Shown: positions 36,894 to 48,766 of the stretch, piece after piece | How positions within the stretch are numbered: the first letter of the stretch is position 1 | Layout of the letters: the number at the start of each line of letters is the position of its first letter | Source of the DNA: an uncultured Spirochaetota bacterium | Lineage (GTDB): Bacteria; Spirochaetota; Spirochaetia; SZUA-6; Fen-1364 | Length of the DNA stretch: 64,000 nucleotides | Reading direction: 5' to 3' | Assembly: GCA_963845535.1 (NCBI GenBank) | Contig: CAWJSK010000001.1 | Span: 32,001-96,000 of the forward strand | Notes under the pieces: model-generated | What the model was told of the DNA's origin: nothing | The model's database searches: none | What the model saw: only the letters and a program-made list of their open reading frames with translations | Made by a program: the position numbers and the translations under genes

Positions 36894-38470
36894 AGGCGCC
36901 TCCACTTTCTCTCCGGAGTTCCCAGGAGGCTCGTGGCAGCCTCCGGTCCTGAGCTGCCCGCCCGGTAGAGGGCGAGCCCGGGAGTGCCGGCGTTTCCCCA
37001 CCCCCCCAAGATCTCCGTGATGAAAGCCCAGGCGGAGTCGACCTCGTCTTTCCTCATGTACAGCGTGGAATCCCCTACCATGGCATCAAGGAGAAGCCGC
37101 TCGTACGCGTCGGGAAGCTCTTCCCCGAACGCCGAACCGTACGAGAAGTCCATATTCACCGTGCGCATGTCGGTCGACGGGCCGGGGATCTTCGAGTTGA
37201 AGCCCATCATGATGCCTTCCTGCGGCTGGATTCGGAACGTAAGCACGTTCGGGGGCGTTCCCGCGGGGTGGCGTTCCGCAAAGAGCAGGAGCGGAGGTCT
37301 CTTGAAATGGATGGAAATCTCCGTGGTCCGCCGGGAGAGCCGCTTGCCGGTGCGCAGCAGGAACGGCACCCCCGCCCAGCGCCAGGAATCCAGGCGGACG
37401 CGTAGTGCGGCGAAAGTCTCCGTGACCGAGCCGGGGCTCACGTCCTGCTCCTGGCGGTAGCCGGGGACGTCTGTTCCGTCCACGATGCCGTGGTCGTACT
37501 GTCCTCTGACTGTCTCCGTGGCAACGCTGTCCTCACCGACGGGGACGATGGATCTCAAGACCTTCACCTTCTCGTCATGGATGCTGTCAGGGTTCAGGTC
37601 CACGGGCGGCTCCATGGCGACGAGGCACAGGAGCGTAAGCATGTGGTTCTGCATCATGTCACGCAGCGCTCCGGCCTGCTCGTAATAACGCCCGCGCGAG
37701 CCGATGCCGATGGTCTCCGCCATTGTGATCTGCACGTGATCGATGTAGCTGTTGTTCCACACCGGCTCGAAGATGCCGTTGCCGAAACGCATTACCATGA
37801 TGTTCTGGACGGTTTCTTTGCCCAGGTAATGGTCAATGCGATACGTCTGCCGTTCCGCAAAGGCGGCGGCGATGTGGTCGTTCAGGGCGCGCGCGCTTGC
37901 CAGGTCCCGACCGAGCGGCTTTTCCACTATTATACGCGCAAACCCCCGGGACTGGTCGGCAAGCCCAGCCTCATGAAGGCGCCTGATGATGACCTCATAA
38001 GAGTCCGGAGGCGTGGCAAGGTAGAAAATCCTGTTCGGCGGGTCCGCATACTCGTCCCGGATTGCCTGGTAGCCTTCCGCGGACTCGAAGGACGAGCGGA
38101 TGAACCCCACGTTCTCCACGAAGGCGTCCTTCAGCTCGGAAGCGGCCTCCGGAACGTCGTCCGAGTCCAGCATTTCCCTCACGAGCTTCCGGAAAGTCTC
38201 CGTTGTCCATTCGCGACGCGCGAATCCGACGATGTGCACTCGCGGGATTCCCCCTTTTGCGTAGAGGGAGAACAAAGCCGGGATGAGCTTCCTCCCGGTA
38301 AGGTCACCGCTTGCTCCGAAAATGAAAAGCGTGAGCGGCTGCGGCTCGCGGGACAGGCCAAGGCCGACAAGGAGGGGGTTTTCGGCGCTCGTGACGGGAA
38401 CCGCGGCGCTTGCGGACCCATCCGCGTGTTTTTGAGCCTGCGTGAGGCGTGCGGCAACATTCTCTAGCAT
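36890..38470 (-). CDS. zwf: Glucose-6-phosphate 1-dehydrogenase
   Basis: GASGDLT, EKP, RIDHYLGKE, RDMMQNH, RTGKRL, AYERLL; start put at ATG 38470. Confidence 0.96.
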   Translation of the reverse strand: MLENVAARLTQAQKHADGSASAAVPVTSAENPLLVGLGLSREPQPLTLFIFGASGDLTGRKLIPALFSLYAKGGIPRVHIVGFARREWTTETFRKLVREMLDSDDVPEAASELKDAFVENVGFIRSSFESAEGYQAIRDEYADPPNRIFYLATPPDSYEVIIRRLHEAGLADQSRGFARIIVEKPLGRDLASARALNDHIAAAFAERQTYRIDHYLGKETVQNIMVMRFGNGIFEPVWNNSYIDHVQITMAETIGIGSRGRYYEQAGALRDMMQNHMLTLLCLVAMEPPVDLNPDSIHDEKVKVLRSIVPVGEDSVATETVRGQYDHGIVDGTDVPGYRQEQDVSPGSVTETFAALRVRLDSWRWAGVPFLLRTGKRLSRRTTEISIHFKRPPLLLFAERHPAGTPPNVLTFRIQPQEGIMMGFNSKIPGPSTDMRTVNMDFSYGSAFGEELPDAYERLLLDAMVGDSTLYMRKDEVDSAWAFITEILGGWGNAGTPGLALYRAGSSGPEAATSLLGTPERKWRRL

Positions 38471-38497
38471 CGCAAAAAATGGTACATAATCTCCACC

Positions 38498-39130
38498 ATG
38501 GAGACAAGCCTGAAGGTGTCCAACCCGTGGGCCGGGTCCCCCGTTTTTGTACGGGAACACACGCGGTCCACAATGGATGACGCCCGAGAGCTTGCCCTGC
38601 GCGGGTGCGCCGAGGGCACGGTTGTCGTGGCGGGTTTCCAGCAGAAGGGAAGAGGCAGGGCGCCCGGCAGGACGTGGCATTCGAACCCATGGGAAAGCCT
38701 CATGGCCACGATCGTGCTCAACCAAAGCTCGTTCGACTTCCCCGTGACCGAGCTGCCTCTGCGCGCTGCCGTGGCGGCCTGTCTGGCGGCGGAGGAGTTC
38801 GGCGTCAAGCCTGTCATCAAGCTGCCCAACGATCTGTTGGTGGAGGGACGGAAGCTCTCCGGTATCCTCTGCGAGACATGCAACCAGTCCGTGCTCGTCG
38901 GGATTGGCGTGAATTGCCTGCAGACCGCCTTCCCGGGGGCGCTCGCGGACACGGCCTGCTCCATCCTCCAGGTCACCGGTCGCGACGTGAACCCTTTCCA
39001 TCTGCTGCCGCGAGTCCTTGTGCGGCTCAAGGAGACCGTCACGGACCCGTCCTGGCGGGAAAAGCTCCCGGCGCGCCTTCTTACGACAGGGAGAGGATTG
39101 GCCAGCCCTTCCGACGCGCCACCTTCCTGA
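38498..39130 (+). CDS. birA: Biotin-protein ligase (monofunctional, no HTH)
   Basis: STMD, Q.KGRGR..R.W, K.PND, KLSGIL, GIGVN. Confidence 0.88.
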   Translation: METSLKVSNPWAGSPVFVREHTRSTMDDARELALRGCAEGTVVVAGFQQKGRGRAPGRTWHSNPWESLMATIVLNQSSFDFPVTELPLRAAVAACLAAEEFGVKPVIKLPNDLLVEGRKLSGILCETCNQSVLVGIGVNCLQTAFPGALADTACSILQVTGRDVNPFHLLPRVLVRLKETVTDPSWREKLPARLLTTGRGLASPSDAPPS

Positions 39131-39737
39131 GGCGAAGATCCGGATTCACCACCACGGGATGCCCCACCGCCTCCAGGAGAGGCACATCGAAAATGCTGTC
39201 CGTGTAGAACGAGCACTCCCGCGGGTCTTCCCCCTGCGCGGCCACGAACTCCAGGACGCGCCTCTTTTTCTCCCGGCGGAACAAGGGGACACCGTCCACG
39301 CGGCCGGTGCAGGTGTCCCCCTCGAACTCCAGGCTCGTGGCAATCACGGTCTCGATCCCCAGGAAGCTCGCCAGCGGCATGATGATGAGGTCAAGCGACG
39401 AGGAGGCGAGGGCAACGGCGCGCCCGTTCTTCTTCCTCTCCGTGATGAGCGCGGCGGCGTCCCGGTAGATGTCCTTTCTCAAAAGCTTTTCGAAGCTCTC
39501 ATCCGCGATCTGGTTCATGGTGGCTCGCGTGATGCCGCGCAGGTACGGGAACCCGGCCTTGTAATCCTTGAGCCGCAGCATTCCCAATCGATAGGTGATG
39601 GAATACCAGGGCATTGCGAGAATGACCCGCCAGGGGACCACTCCCTTGCGGACGGCCACGGAAACGAAGCGCGCCCCCGAGGACCTGCGCGTGATGGTAT
39701 GGTCGACATCGAAAAAATCAATGCCGGCCATGCTCAC
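39081..39737 (-). CDS. HAD-IB family hydrolase
   Basis: FDVDHT, ASSS, K, YTDSIFD, VNPD. Confidence 0.88.
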   Translation of the reverse strand: MSMAGIDFFDVDHTITRRSSGARFVSVAVRKGVVPWRVILAMPWYSITYRLGMLRLKDYKAGFPYLRGITRATMNQIADESFEKLLRKDIYRDAAALITERKKNGRAVALASSSLDLIIMPLASFLGIETVIATSLEFEGDTCTGRVDGVPLFRREKKRRVLEFVAAQGEDPRECSFYTDSIFDVPLLEAVGHPVVVNPDLRLRKVARRKGWPILSLS

Positions 39738-41330
39738 TCCTCGATGCCTATCAGCAGGGAGAACCTTTCGCGTCGTTCACTGAGGAGGCCGGCGGGAAGC
39801 GGAGACCACCCTCCGAACGGATTTGCTTCCAGGAAGCGCTTGCGCCCCTCATGCGTCACGCGGAAGGAGGCAAGGTTCCAGGCATGGCTTCCCGCCGGCC
39901 CGGGACGAAGGAGCAGCGTGCCGCCCCCCCCGAGCGTTATGCGATGGAGGGAACCGGGCATCACGACCCAGGAGCCGCTGCCCGCTCGCATTGATGAAAT
40001 GCCGCCGTCAGGGGCTTCCGTCTGGATCACCGCCTCCTCCGCCCGCCCCAGCTCCGCAAGGGTGATCACCAACGGGGCATGCTCGTCGATGATTGCTCCC
40101 GGGGCGAACGCCGGCCAGCGGACATCCACTGTGATCTCCAGCAGCGGGCTGCTTTCGCAGAACGCATATTCGATGCTGAGCGACGCATTTTCCTGCGAAT
40201 CGATGCCAAGCACCTCCCGCAGGCCCGTTCCCTCGTCTCCCTCGAAAGAGAACGAGTTTCTTGTGCGGAAAGTCCAGCGCTTTCCGCCGACGCGCAGATA
40301 CGACCGGGCGGGGCGGAGGGGAAGGACGTCCCGCCCGTTCCGTGTGATGCCGGTGAACCTCCCGCCGGCAAGCTTCACGTCGAAGCCGTTTCCGGCGAGC
40401 GACACCTCACCGAGCATCTGCGCAACGAGGTGAGATCCGCCGGGCAAAGCGCCCGCGGGCGCCTCCTCTTTCCCGCCGACCACCGTGGCGGGAGAGGCGC
40501 TGGCGGCTCCCAGGGAAAGGCTGGAGAGCAGCTCACGGCATTCGTCGTTCTTTCTCCTCTTTTTTCTGACCCCTGCGGTTACGGAGGACAGCGCCTGGCG
40601 GAGCAACGGGGCGGGGAACGGGGACCAATCAAGCCCGGCGGCCGCCAGTTCCCGAAGTCTCCGGGATGAGGAATGCGCCGCGGTGAGAGGGGAGGGCGCC
40701 CCGGGCGGGGCGAGCCAGGGAGTCATGAGCTCCAGCGCTTCCTCGAGGACCTCCACCATGGCCGGTCCCGACAGGTCGAGCATGAGGAGAACGTCACCCT
40801 CCCGGGGCCGCCGAATCCCACGGAGCCCGGCCACGGGGATGCGGGTGCAGGTGAAGCATTCCAGGCCGTCATCAGCGAACCAGCTTGTTCCGCGGCCGCC
40901 GGTGATCCCCAGCGTCTTGAAACCGTGACGCCGATACGCCGCCCGAGCTTCCGGGCGCAGCACGTCCGCGACCCTGGGCATCAGGACGTCAGGACGGATC
41001 TCGAGAACCTGGGAAACGCCCGTCCCCCACGGATTTTCCATACCCCAGGAGAATCTCCTTTTCAAGCTCTTCGAGCGTGAGGACCGGATGGCAGGCGCCC
41101 GCGTATCCCATGGGAGCTATCAGGTCCAGGTCACGTCGGCCGTTCAGCGTCTTGTGCAGCCACATCTTGGTTTTTTGAAGGCTTTCCGCGGGGATTGCCG
41201 GGAAGTTCCAAACGAGCGGGCGTTCGCCGGCCTTTTCCCTGATAAGGTCGCAGAGCGTCGGCAGGTTGTCCCATGAGCCGCGGTCCCACTGGACACCCAG
41301 GAAGACCTGTCGCCCACCCCGTTTCGCCAT
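39734..41330 (-). CDS. Hypothetical protein, N-terminus loosely GH57/deacetylase-barrel-like (apparent 1-nt frameshift near 41052)
   Basis: Removing one base from GAGATTCTCC joins ORFs 40989..41330 and 39734..41065 as GYAGACHPVLTLEELEKEISWGMENPWG; AAGGAGG RBS. Confidence 0.6.
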
Positions 41331-41413
41331 TCCCTCCTTTTTATCAGAAGGGAAGCCAAAGTCAAGGCGGAAGGCTCCCGGTGGCGCCGGGGCAAATTTT
41401 CTGAAAAAAGCCC

Positions 41414-41442
41414 TTGATGATCTTCGCGCGTTTTTGTATCTT
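41414..41442 (+). promoter_or_regulatory. Putative groEL promoter
   Basis: TTGATG-17 nt-TATCTT. Confidence 0.5.
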
Positions 41443-41482
41443 AGCCAAAAGCGCAGACACGCTCAAAACAATTCGCGCGTGA

Positions 41483-43168
<1,686 letters not shown>

Positions 43169-43223
43169 ACGCCCACGGCGGAGCTCAGCCCGCTCGTGTG
43201 ATCAAGGCGAAGCCGTAGAGACA

Positions 43224-43252
43224 GGCCGCTCCGAAAGGAGCGGCCGTCTTTT
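43224..43252 (+). terminator. groEL terminator
   Basis: GGCCGCTCC-GAAA-GGAGCGGCC followed by GTCTTTT. Confidence 0.8.
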
Positions 43253-43291
43253 GTGCTTGAACAAGGCCGGCGCTTCTGTCAGGATTGATGC

Positions 43292-43585
43292 ATGCGCAGG
43301 GAGGACTACGTTTTCTGCATTGGATACGAAGGGAGCACGGCAATCGTGGACGGCAAACTGATGCGCAGGCATCGCTCCCACACCACCGGCCAGCTTGCTG
43401 AGGCGGGGCTTTTCAAGCAAGCCGTTTGCTCCGCGCTCTGGAGCGGAAGGCCGGAGGAGCTGGAGGAAGTTCTTTCTATTTTCAACCGCAAGACGGTGAC
43501 AGGCGCGCGGACGGCGGAGGAGCTCACGAGGATCTTCGGGACCTCGGGCGTGCCCGAGGGGGTGAAGAAGGTCACGGTAGTCTGA
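43292..43585 (+). CDS. Small hypothetical protein
   Basis: 97-aa ORF behind TTGAAC-17-CAGGAT, co-oriented with the MerR gene. Confidence 0.7.
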   Translation: MRREDYVFCIGYEGSTAIVDGKLMRRHRSHTTGQLAEAGLFKQAVCSALWSGRPEELEEVLSIFNRKTVTGARTAEELTRIFGTSGVPEGVKKVTVV

Positions 43586-43606
43586 GGCCGGCGCGAGGGG
43601 TGATGA

Positions 43607-44296
43607 GTGGAACCGAATGTCACGGCTGGCGTCCTGGGCGCGCTGACCCGTGAAGAGTTGATACGGCGCCTGCGGGTGACACCGGAGGAGCTCGAGCAGT
43701 GGACCAGCATCAACCTGATTGCCCCGCTTGACGGAAAAATGGACCTCTACCCTCCCTCGGCAATCGAGGAGGGGGAGCTCATCAAGAAGTTCTGCTCCCT
43801 CGGATATGCCCTGCCGGAAATTCAGAAAATCAAGCGCAGCGTCGGCCTGCCCGTCAGGGATGAAAAGGGGCATTACGTATCTCGTGCGGACTTTCTGACC
43901 ATCGGCGAGCTGGCGGAGAAATGCGGGATCAACGTCCGAACGATCAAGTTCTGGGAGGAGAAGGGGCTCATCTCTCCGCACAAGCGCACCGAGGGCGGTT
44001 TTCGGCTGTACCGTCCTTCGGAAGTGGTCCGTGTCTCCTTCATCAAGGACTTACAAGCGTTCAATTATACCCTCGCTGAGATCGGCAACATCCTGCAGCT
44101 TGCGGGTCCTGATCTGGGTGCAACCGATGCCGACCTTGAAGGGATGGCAGGCGCGGAAATAGAGAAGATGCAGGGGGCCCTCGAGTACCTCGTGGGCCGA
44201 ATGAGAGAAGTCCGCGATGCATCGTCGCGTGTGGAGCTTGTTTTTGCCCGGCGACTCAGGGCTGTTTCCCGCGCGGCGCGCCTGCGCAAGCGTTGA
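43607..44296 (+). CDS. MerR-family regulator with two tandem HTH domains
   Basis: First degenerate unit LTREELIRRLRVT...LGYALPEI; second LTIGELAEKCGINVRTIKFWEEKGLI...GGFRLY. Confidence 0.88.
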   Translation: MEPNVTAGVLGALTREELIRRLRVTPEELEQWTSINLIAPLDGKMDLYPPSAIEEGELIKKFCSLGYALPEIQKIKRSVGLPVRDEKGHYVSRADFLTIGELAEKCGINVRTIKFWEEKGLISPHKRTEGGFRLYRPSEVVRVSFIKDLQAFNYTLAEIGNILQLAGPDLGATDADLEGMAGAEIEKMQGALEYLVGRMREVRDASSRVELVFARRLRAVSRAARLRKR

Positions 44297-44304
44297 CACG
44301 CTTG

Positions 44305-44334
44305 TTGACGCTCGCTCCGGCTTCATGGTATGTT
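44305..44334 (+). promoter_or_regulatory. Putative yajC-secDF promoter
   Basis: TTGACG-18 nt-TATGTT with extended TG. Confidence 0.55.
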
Positions 44335-44369
44335 TTCGCGGTTATTTATCTTCATCTTAAGGAAAGCAT

Positions 44370-44738
44370 ATGACAGGCATAATGGGTCTTTTTCCCCTCC
44401 TGTTGGGGACGCCGGAGGGCGGTTCCCCAGGTTCCAGCGGAGGCGGCGGAACGCAACTCGTCACGATGCTGGTCACCTTCGGGTTGATCATCGTCGTGTT
44501 CTACTTCCTCGTGATCCGTCCCCAGAACCGAAAGCAGAAAGACGCGAAGAGGATGCTGGAAAGCGTCCGCAAGGGGGACCGGGTGGTCACCGTCGGCGGC
44601 ATGCACGGCTTCGTGGAGTCGGTCAAGGATGATGCGGTTGTCCTCAAGGTTGATGACAACGTGAAGCTCAAGTTCAACAAGAGCGCCATCTCGCAGGTCC
44701 TCGAACGCCGCGACGATTCGGGAGACACCAAGGAGTAG
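44370..44738 (+). CDS. yajC: Preprotein translocase subunit YajC
   Basis: FYFLVIRPQ.RKQK, KGDRVVTVGGMHG. Confidence 0.95.
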   Translation: MTGIMGLFPLLLGTPEGGSPGSSGGGGTQLVTMLVTFGLIIVVFYFLVIRPQNRKQKDAKRMLESVRKGDRVVTVGGMHGFVESVKDDAVVLKVDDNVKLKFNKSAISQVLERRDDSGDTKE

Positions 44739-44746
44739 GTCATTTC

Positions 44747-46477
44747 ATGAAGAAGCGGTATCGGTTGCTCATCACGATCGTGCTTGTCGCGGTCGGTTTT
44801 TATTTTCTCTGGCCTTCGATCAAATGGTATTTCCTCACGCCGCAGGCGGACAAGGACATAGCGGAAAGCTCACGCAACCAGATCAAGGTCTACGCGCAGG
44901 AAAGGGCTGATGAAGTGATCAAGGCCCTCGTAGCCGCTGGGGACCAGGCCCCGTTGCCGAAGGAGTACTCGTACCTCATCCCCAAGGCAATCAAGCGCTA
45001 CGTCACGGCCAAGCACGCCTCGCCTGCCACGTGGACGGTGCGTGACGTTTTGGCCGCGTACACGAGCCGTGAAGACCTTTCCGCGGACATCGAGGACTGG
45101 TACCGCTCGCAGATGTTCGCTCTCAAGGACCTGAAGACCCAGACAATGCAGCTCGGGCTCGACCTTCGCGGCGGGATGTACGTCACCATTCGGGCGGACT
45201 TTGCCGCCCTGGAGGCCACCTCCGGGACGAAGCTGACCGACGCCCAGAAAGATGACAAGATGAAGACCACGCTGGAGGTCTTGCGGAACAAGATCGACCA
45301 GTTCGGGCTCACCGACCCGTCCATCAGGCGCCAGGGCTCTGACAATATCATCATCGAAATCCCCGGCACCTCGGACCCTGAGACGGTTCGCCGCTTCATC
45401 ATGGGCAAAGGTCTCCTCACGTTCCACATCGCGGATACTGACGCGCTTCAAAAGGTGAAGGAATATCAGGCGGCTCACCCGGGCGTGCTCCTGGACGCCG
45501 CGGGCAACGTCAAGGACACCGGAGTGCTTTCCGTCATCCCCGCCGGTGACGTCCTGCGCGGGGTGTTCCAGAAAGATTCCTACGGCCTGGACGAGCTGAA
45601 AGGGTTCACCGTCCTGCACCAGGAAGTCGGCCTGAACGGCACCGAGATCAAGGATGCCCAGGTGGGGCGTGACCCGGTCACCGGAGAGCCCACGGTCAAC
45701 TTCATCCTTACCGGGGCGGGCGGAGAGACGTTCTACAAGCTGACCTCCGCGAACGTCGGGAAAGTCCTGGCGGTCGCGCTGGACAACAAGGTCAAAGCGC
45801 AGGCAACCATCCAGGAGCCCATCCGGGACCAGGTGCGCGTAAGCGGCTTCAAGCTCGATGAGGCGCAGGACCTCGCCCTCGTGCTGAGGACAGGATCACT
45901 GCCCGTACCTCTTGAGATCACCAGCCAGCAGGCAATCGGGGCGTCCCTGGGGCAGGATGCAATCAGCCAGGGGATCAAGGCCAGCGCCCTCGGACTGGCC
46001 CTCGTCTTCATTTTCATGCTCGCGTATTACCGCAGGGCAGGCATGAACGCCGTGCTGGCGAACATCCTGAACCTGTATTTCATCGTGGCCATCCTTTCCG
46101 TATTCAACTTCACGCTGACCCTTGCGGCAATTGCCGGCCTCGTGCTGAACGTCGGCATGGCCGTGGATGCAAGCGTCCTGATCTTCGAGAGGATGAAGGA
46201 AGAAATGCGGCTGGGCAAATCCACCCAGGCGGTCGTAAAAGCGGGATTCGAGCGCGCGTTCCTCGCAATCGCTGACTCGAACATAACGACCATCATCGCG
46301 GCCCTCGTCCTGACCCAGCTTGCAAAAGGCTCCATCCAGGGCTTCGCGGTCACTCTGACAGTTGGAAACCTCGCAACTCTCTTCTCCGCGGTATTTGTTT
46401 CCCGTCTGATCTTTGACTTCAACGTCGAAGTGCTCAAGGTGAAGAAGATCCCGGTTTCCTGGAGACGACTTGCATGA
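44747..46477 (+). CDS. secD: Protein translocase subunit SecD
   Basis: LGLDLRGG, LRTGSLP, GASLG, GMAVDA, IFER, DSNITT. Confidence 0.97.
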   Translation: MKKRYRLLITIVLVAVGFYFLWPSIKWYFLTPQADKDIAESSRNQIKVYAQERADEVIKALVAAGDQAPLPKEYSYLIPKAIKRYVTAKHASPATWTVRDVLAAYTSREDLSADIEDWYRSQMFALKDLKTQTMQLGLDLRGGMYVTIRADFAALEATSGTKLTDAQKDDKMKTTLEVLRNKIDQFGLTDPSIRRQGSDNIIIEIPGTSDPETVRRFIMGKGLLTFHIADTDALQKVKEYQAAHPGVLLDAAGNVKDTGVLSVIPAGDVLRGVFQKDSYGLDELKGFTVLHQEVGLNGTEIKDAQVGRDPVTGEPTVNFILTGAGGETFYKLTSANVGKVLAVALDNKVKAQATIQEPIRDQVRVSGFKLDEAQDLALVLRTGSLPVPLEITSQQAIGASLGQDAISQGIKASALGLALVFIFMLAYYRRAGMNAVLANILNLYFIVAILSVFNFTLTLAAIAGLVLNVGMAVDASVLIFERMKEEMRLGKSTQAVVKAGFERAFLAIADSNITTIIAALVLTQLAKGSIQGFAVTLTVGNLATLFSAVFVSRLIFDFNVEVLKVKKIPVSWRRLA

Positions 46478-48021
46478 AGAGAGTCATCCAGTTCTCAAAG
46501 GCCCGATTCTTCTTCTTCGGGTTTTCCGCGCTGCTGATCCTGGTCGGAATCGGCGGATACATCATCCATGGCGGGTTCAATCTCGGGGTTGATTTCAAGG
46601 CGGGTATCGAGCTCCAGTTCCAGATTGCCCCCGCAAGTTTCTCCATCCAGTACGCGGGGCCCGACAAAGCGGAGATTTCAATCCCTGCGGGTGAACAGGC
46701 CCTGACATCCGCCGGCAATATCATCATCACCATCACCAGCGCCAAAGACGGCACCTCCACGGCGTATCCGTTCCGCTACACGGATTACCCAACCGTGAAG
46801 GCATTGACCGACGCGGTTGCAAAGGTCCCCGGCATTTCCGTCCAGCCGAAGGGGAACATGGATGAGGTGCCCACCCAGCTCGTCCCGTTGCCGCGGCCCG
46901 CTGACGTCACAGACAAGGGATACACCATCAATCTGAGCCCGGGGCCCGGCCGCGGAGTCCAGACGACCCTTCCAGACGTTCGCACCACGCTTGCTCCGCT
47001 GGGCCAGTTCGAAATGCAGCAGGTGGGCGCGCCGGTCAGCCAGGAGTACATGGTCAGGGTGGAGGCCAAGACTGAAGACCAGAGCTTCCAGACCAACACG
47101 GAAGCCAAGGTGCTGGAGCTCCTCGGGGCAAAGTACGGCCCTGACCAGATCATTCTCTTGAGCAGCAATTTCGTCGGACCGCGGCTTGCGCAAGGCCTTG
47201 TCACCCAGACCCTCTGGCTGGTGCTCATTGCGGTCCTCCTGATCCTCGCCTACATGATGTTCCGCTTCCACCCGCCCATTTATGCGATTGCGGCGGTCAT
47301 TGGCATCTGTCATGACGCGCTCGTGATGATCGGATTCGACGCAGTCTTCCGCGTCCAGGTGGATGCAGCCACAATCGCCGCAATCCTGACCATCCTGGGG
47401 TACTCGATCAATGACACCATTGTCATCTTCGACCGGGTGCGGGAGAACAAGAACCTCATGCGCGGGACGGCCTTGAGGACCATCCTCGACACGAGCGTCA
47501 CGCAGACCTTGAGCCGGACGTTCATCACCTCAGGGGCAACGCTGCTCACCGTCATCGCGCTGTTCATTCTCACCAGCGGTTCCATCAAGAACTTCGCCCT
47601 GAACATGATCATAGGTATCCTTGAAGGGACCTATTCGACGTTCATTTCCTCCTTCATTGTCCTGGAGTGGACGAAGATGAGTGATCGGCGGCACAAGAGA
47701 CTGGAGATGGAGAAGTACGGTGTGACGGAGCACCAGGCCAGGCTCACGCCTGTCCTCGCTGAGGGAGCGTTCGTTGACGCGCAAGAAGAGCCGGAGCAGG
47801 AAGAGGAGGCAGCGGTGACCAGTGTGCAGAGCGCGCCGCAACCGGTGGGCGTTTCGCAGCCCGTGTCGGGGGCCTCTGCTGATGCGGCGGTCCAGGCCGC
47901 TCCAGGTCCGTCGCCGTCCTCCCAGGGCCAGGCGGTGGCGCAGCATGCTGGAGTGGCTCCGTCACTGTTCGGACACTCGGGTTCCCGCAAGAACAAGAAG
48001 CACAAGAGGCGGCACCACTAG
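46474..48021 (+). CDS. secF: Protein translocase subunit SecF, with periplasmic insertion and long disordered C-tail
   Basis: GVDFKAG, VGP, HD, GYSINDTIVIFDRVREN, TLSRT. Confidence 0.95.
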   Translation: MKRVIQFSKARFFFFGFSALLILVGIGGYIIHGGFNLGVDFKAGIELQFQIAPASFSIQYAGPDKAEISIPAGEQALTSAGNIIITITSAKDGTSTAYPFRYTDYPTVKALTDAVAKVPGISVQPKGNMDEVPTQLVPLPRPADVTDKGYTINLSPGPGRGVQTTLPDVRTTLAPLGQFEMQQVGAPVSQEYMVRVEAKTEDQSFQTNTEAKVLELLGAKYGPDQIILLSSNFVGPRLAQGLVTQTLWLVLIAVLLILAYMMFRFHPPIYAIAAVIGICHDALVMIGFDAVFRVQVDAATIAAILTILGYSINDTIVIFDRVRENKNLMRGTALRTILDTSVTQTLSRTFITSGATLLTVIALFILTSGSIKNFALNMIIGILEGTYSTFISSFIVLEWTKMSDRRHKRLEMEKYGVTEHQARLTPVLAEGAFVDAQEEPEQEEEAAVTSVQSAPQPVGVSQPVSGASADAAVQAAPGPSPSSQGQAVAQHAGVAPSLFGHSGSRKNKKHKRRHH

Positions 48022-48107
48022 GCTGGGAAAGGCGCGTCGGGCTGATGGCACGTCTGATCCGGATGTACATGTCCACCGGAGATCGCGCTTCGCGCGATGC
48101 GGCACTT

Positions 48108-48766
48108 GTGAAGCTCCTCTGCCTCTCTGACATCCACGGGGAAGGAGCTGCCTTGAGGGAAATCCTGCCAGGCGCCGCGGAGGGAGTAGACGCCGTGGTG
48201 CTGGCGGGGGATCTCACGCATCTGGGCGGGTACAAGGAAGCGGAGGCCCTTCTGGCTCCGCTTTTTTCTATTGGCCTTCCCCTCCTCGCCGTTGCCGGAA
48301 ACATGGAATATGAAGGGGTGCGCCGCTACATCGGTGAAAAGGAGATCGACATCCACGGCAGGGGTGTCGAGCTGAACGGAGTGGGCTTCATGGGGCTTGG
48401 CGGTGGAACCCCATCCCCATTCCACTCCCCTGGGAGCTCACGGACGAAGAAGCGCGGCCTCTCCTGGCAGCAGGGCTTGCCGCAATTGCCGGGGCGCCCT
48501 TCAAGGTGCTCGTGTCTCACGCGCCGCCGCGCGGAACAAAGTTGGACCGCATCTTCGCCGGCGCGCATGCGGGGTCCGGCGCGGTACGGGAGCTCATTGA
48601 AAGTGACGCTGTGAACGTGTGCCTGTGCGGCCACATCCATGAGGCCGCCGGAGAAGAGAGAATTGGCGAAACGCTGTGCGTGAATCTTGGACCGTTCAAG
48701 AACGGGAGATATGCCATTGTTGCCATCGAGAATGGTAGTGCTCGAGTAGATTGGAGGAAAAGATGA
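48108..48766 (+). CDS. Calcineurin-like metallophosphoesterase (apparent 1-nt frameshift at 48427-48430)
   Basis: SDIHG, AGDL, GNME, SHAPP, GHIHE; adding one C to the C4 run gives [13 protein letters not shown] and joins the two ORFs; start uncertain (48069 or 48108). Confidence 0.85.

Noticed and set aside
38471..39001. N-terminal extensions in the ORF track for zwf (also asnB, CPA2, trpB2, LolA-like, HAD and paralogue B)
   Set aside because: They overlap neighbouring genes or regulatory leaders; better starts with an RBS or promoter lie downstream
41441..41470. CIRCE element upstream of groEL (TTAGC start)
   Set aside because: Does not match TTAGCACTC-N9-GAGTGCTAA beyond five bases
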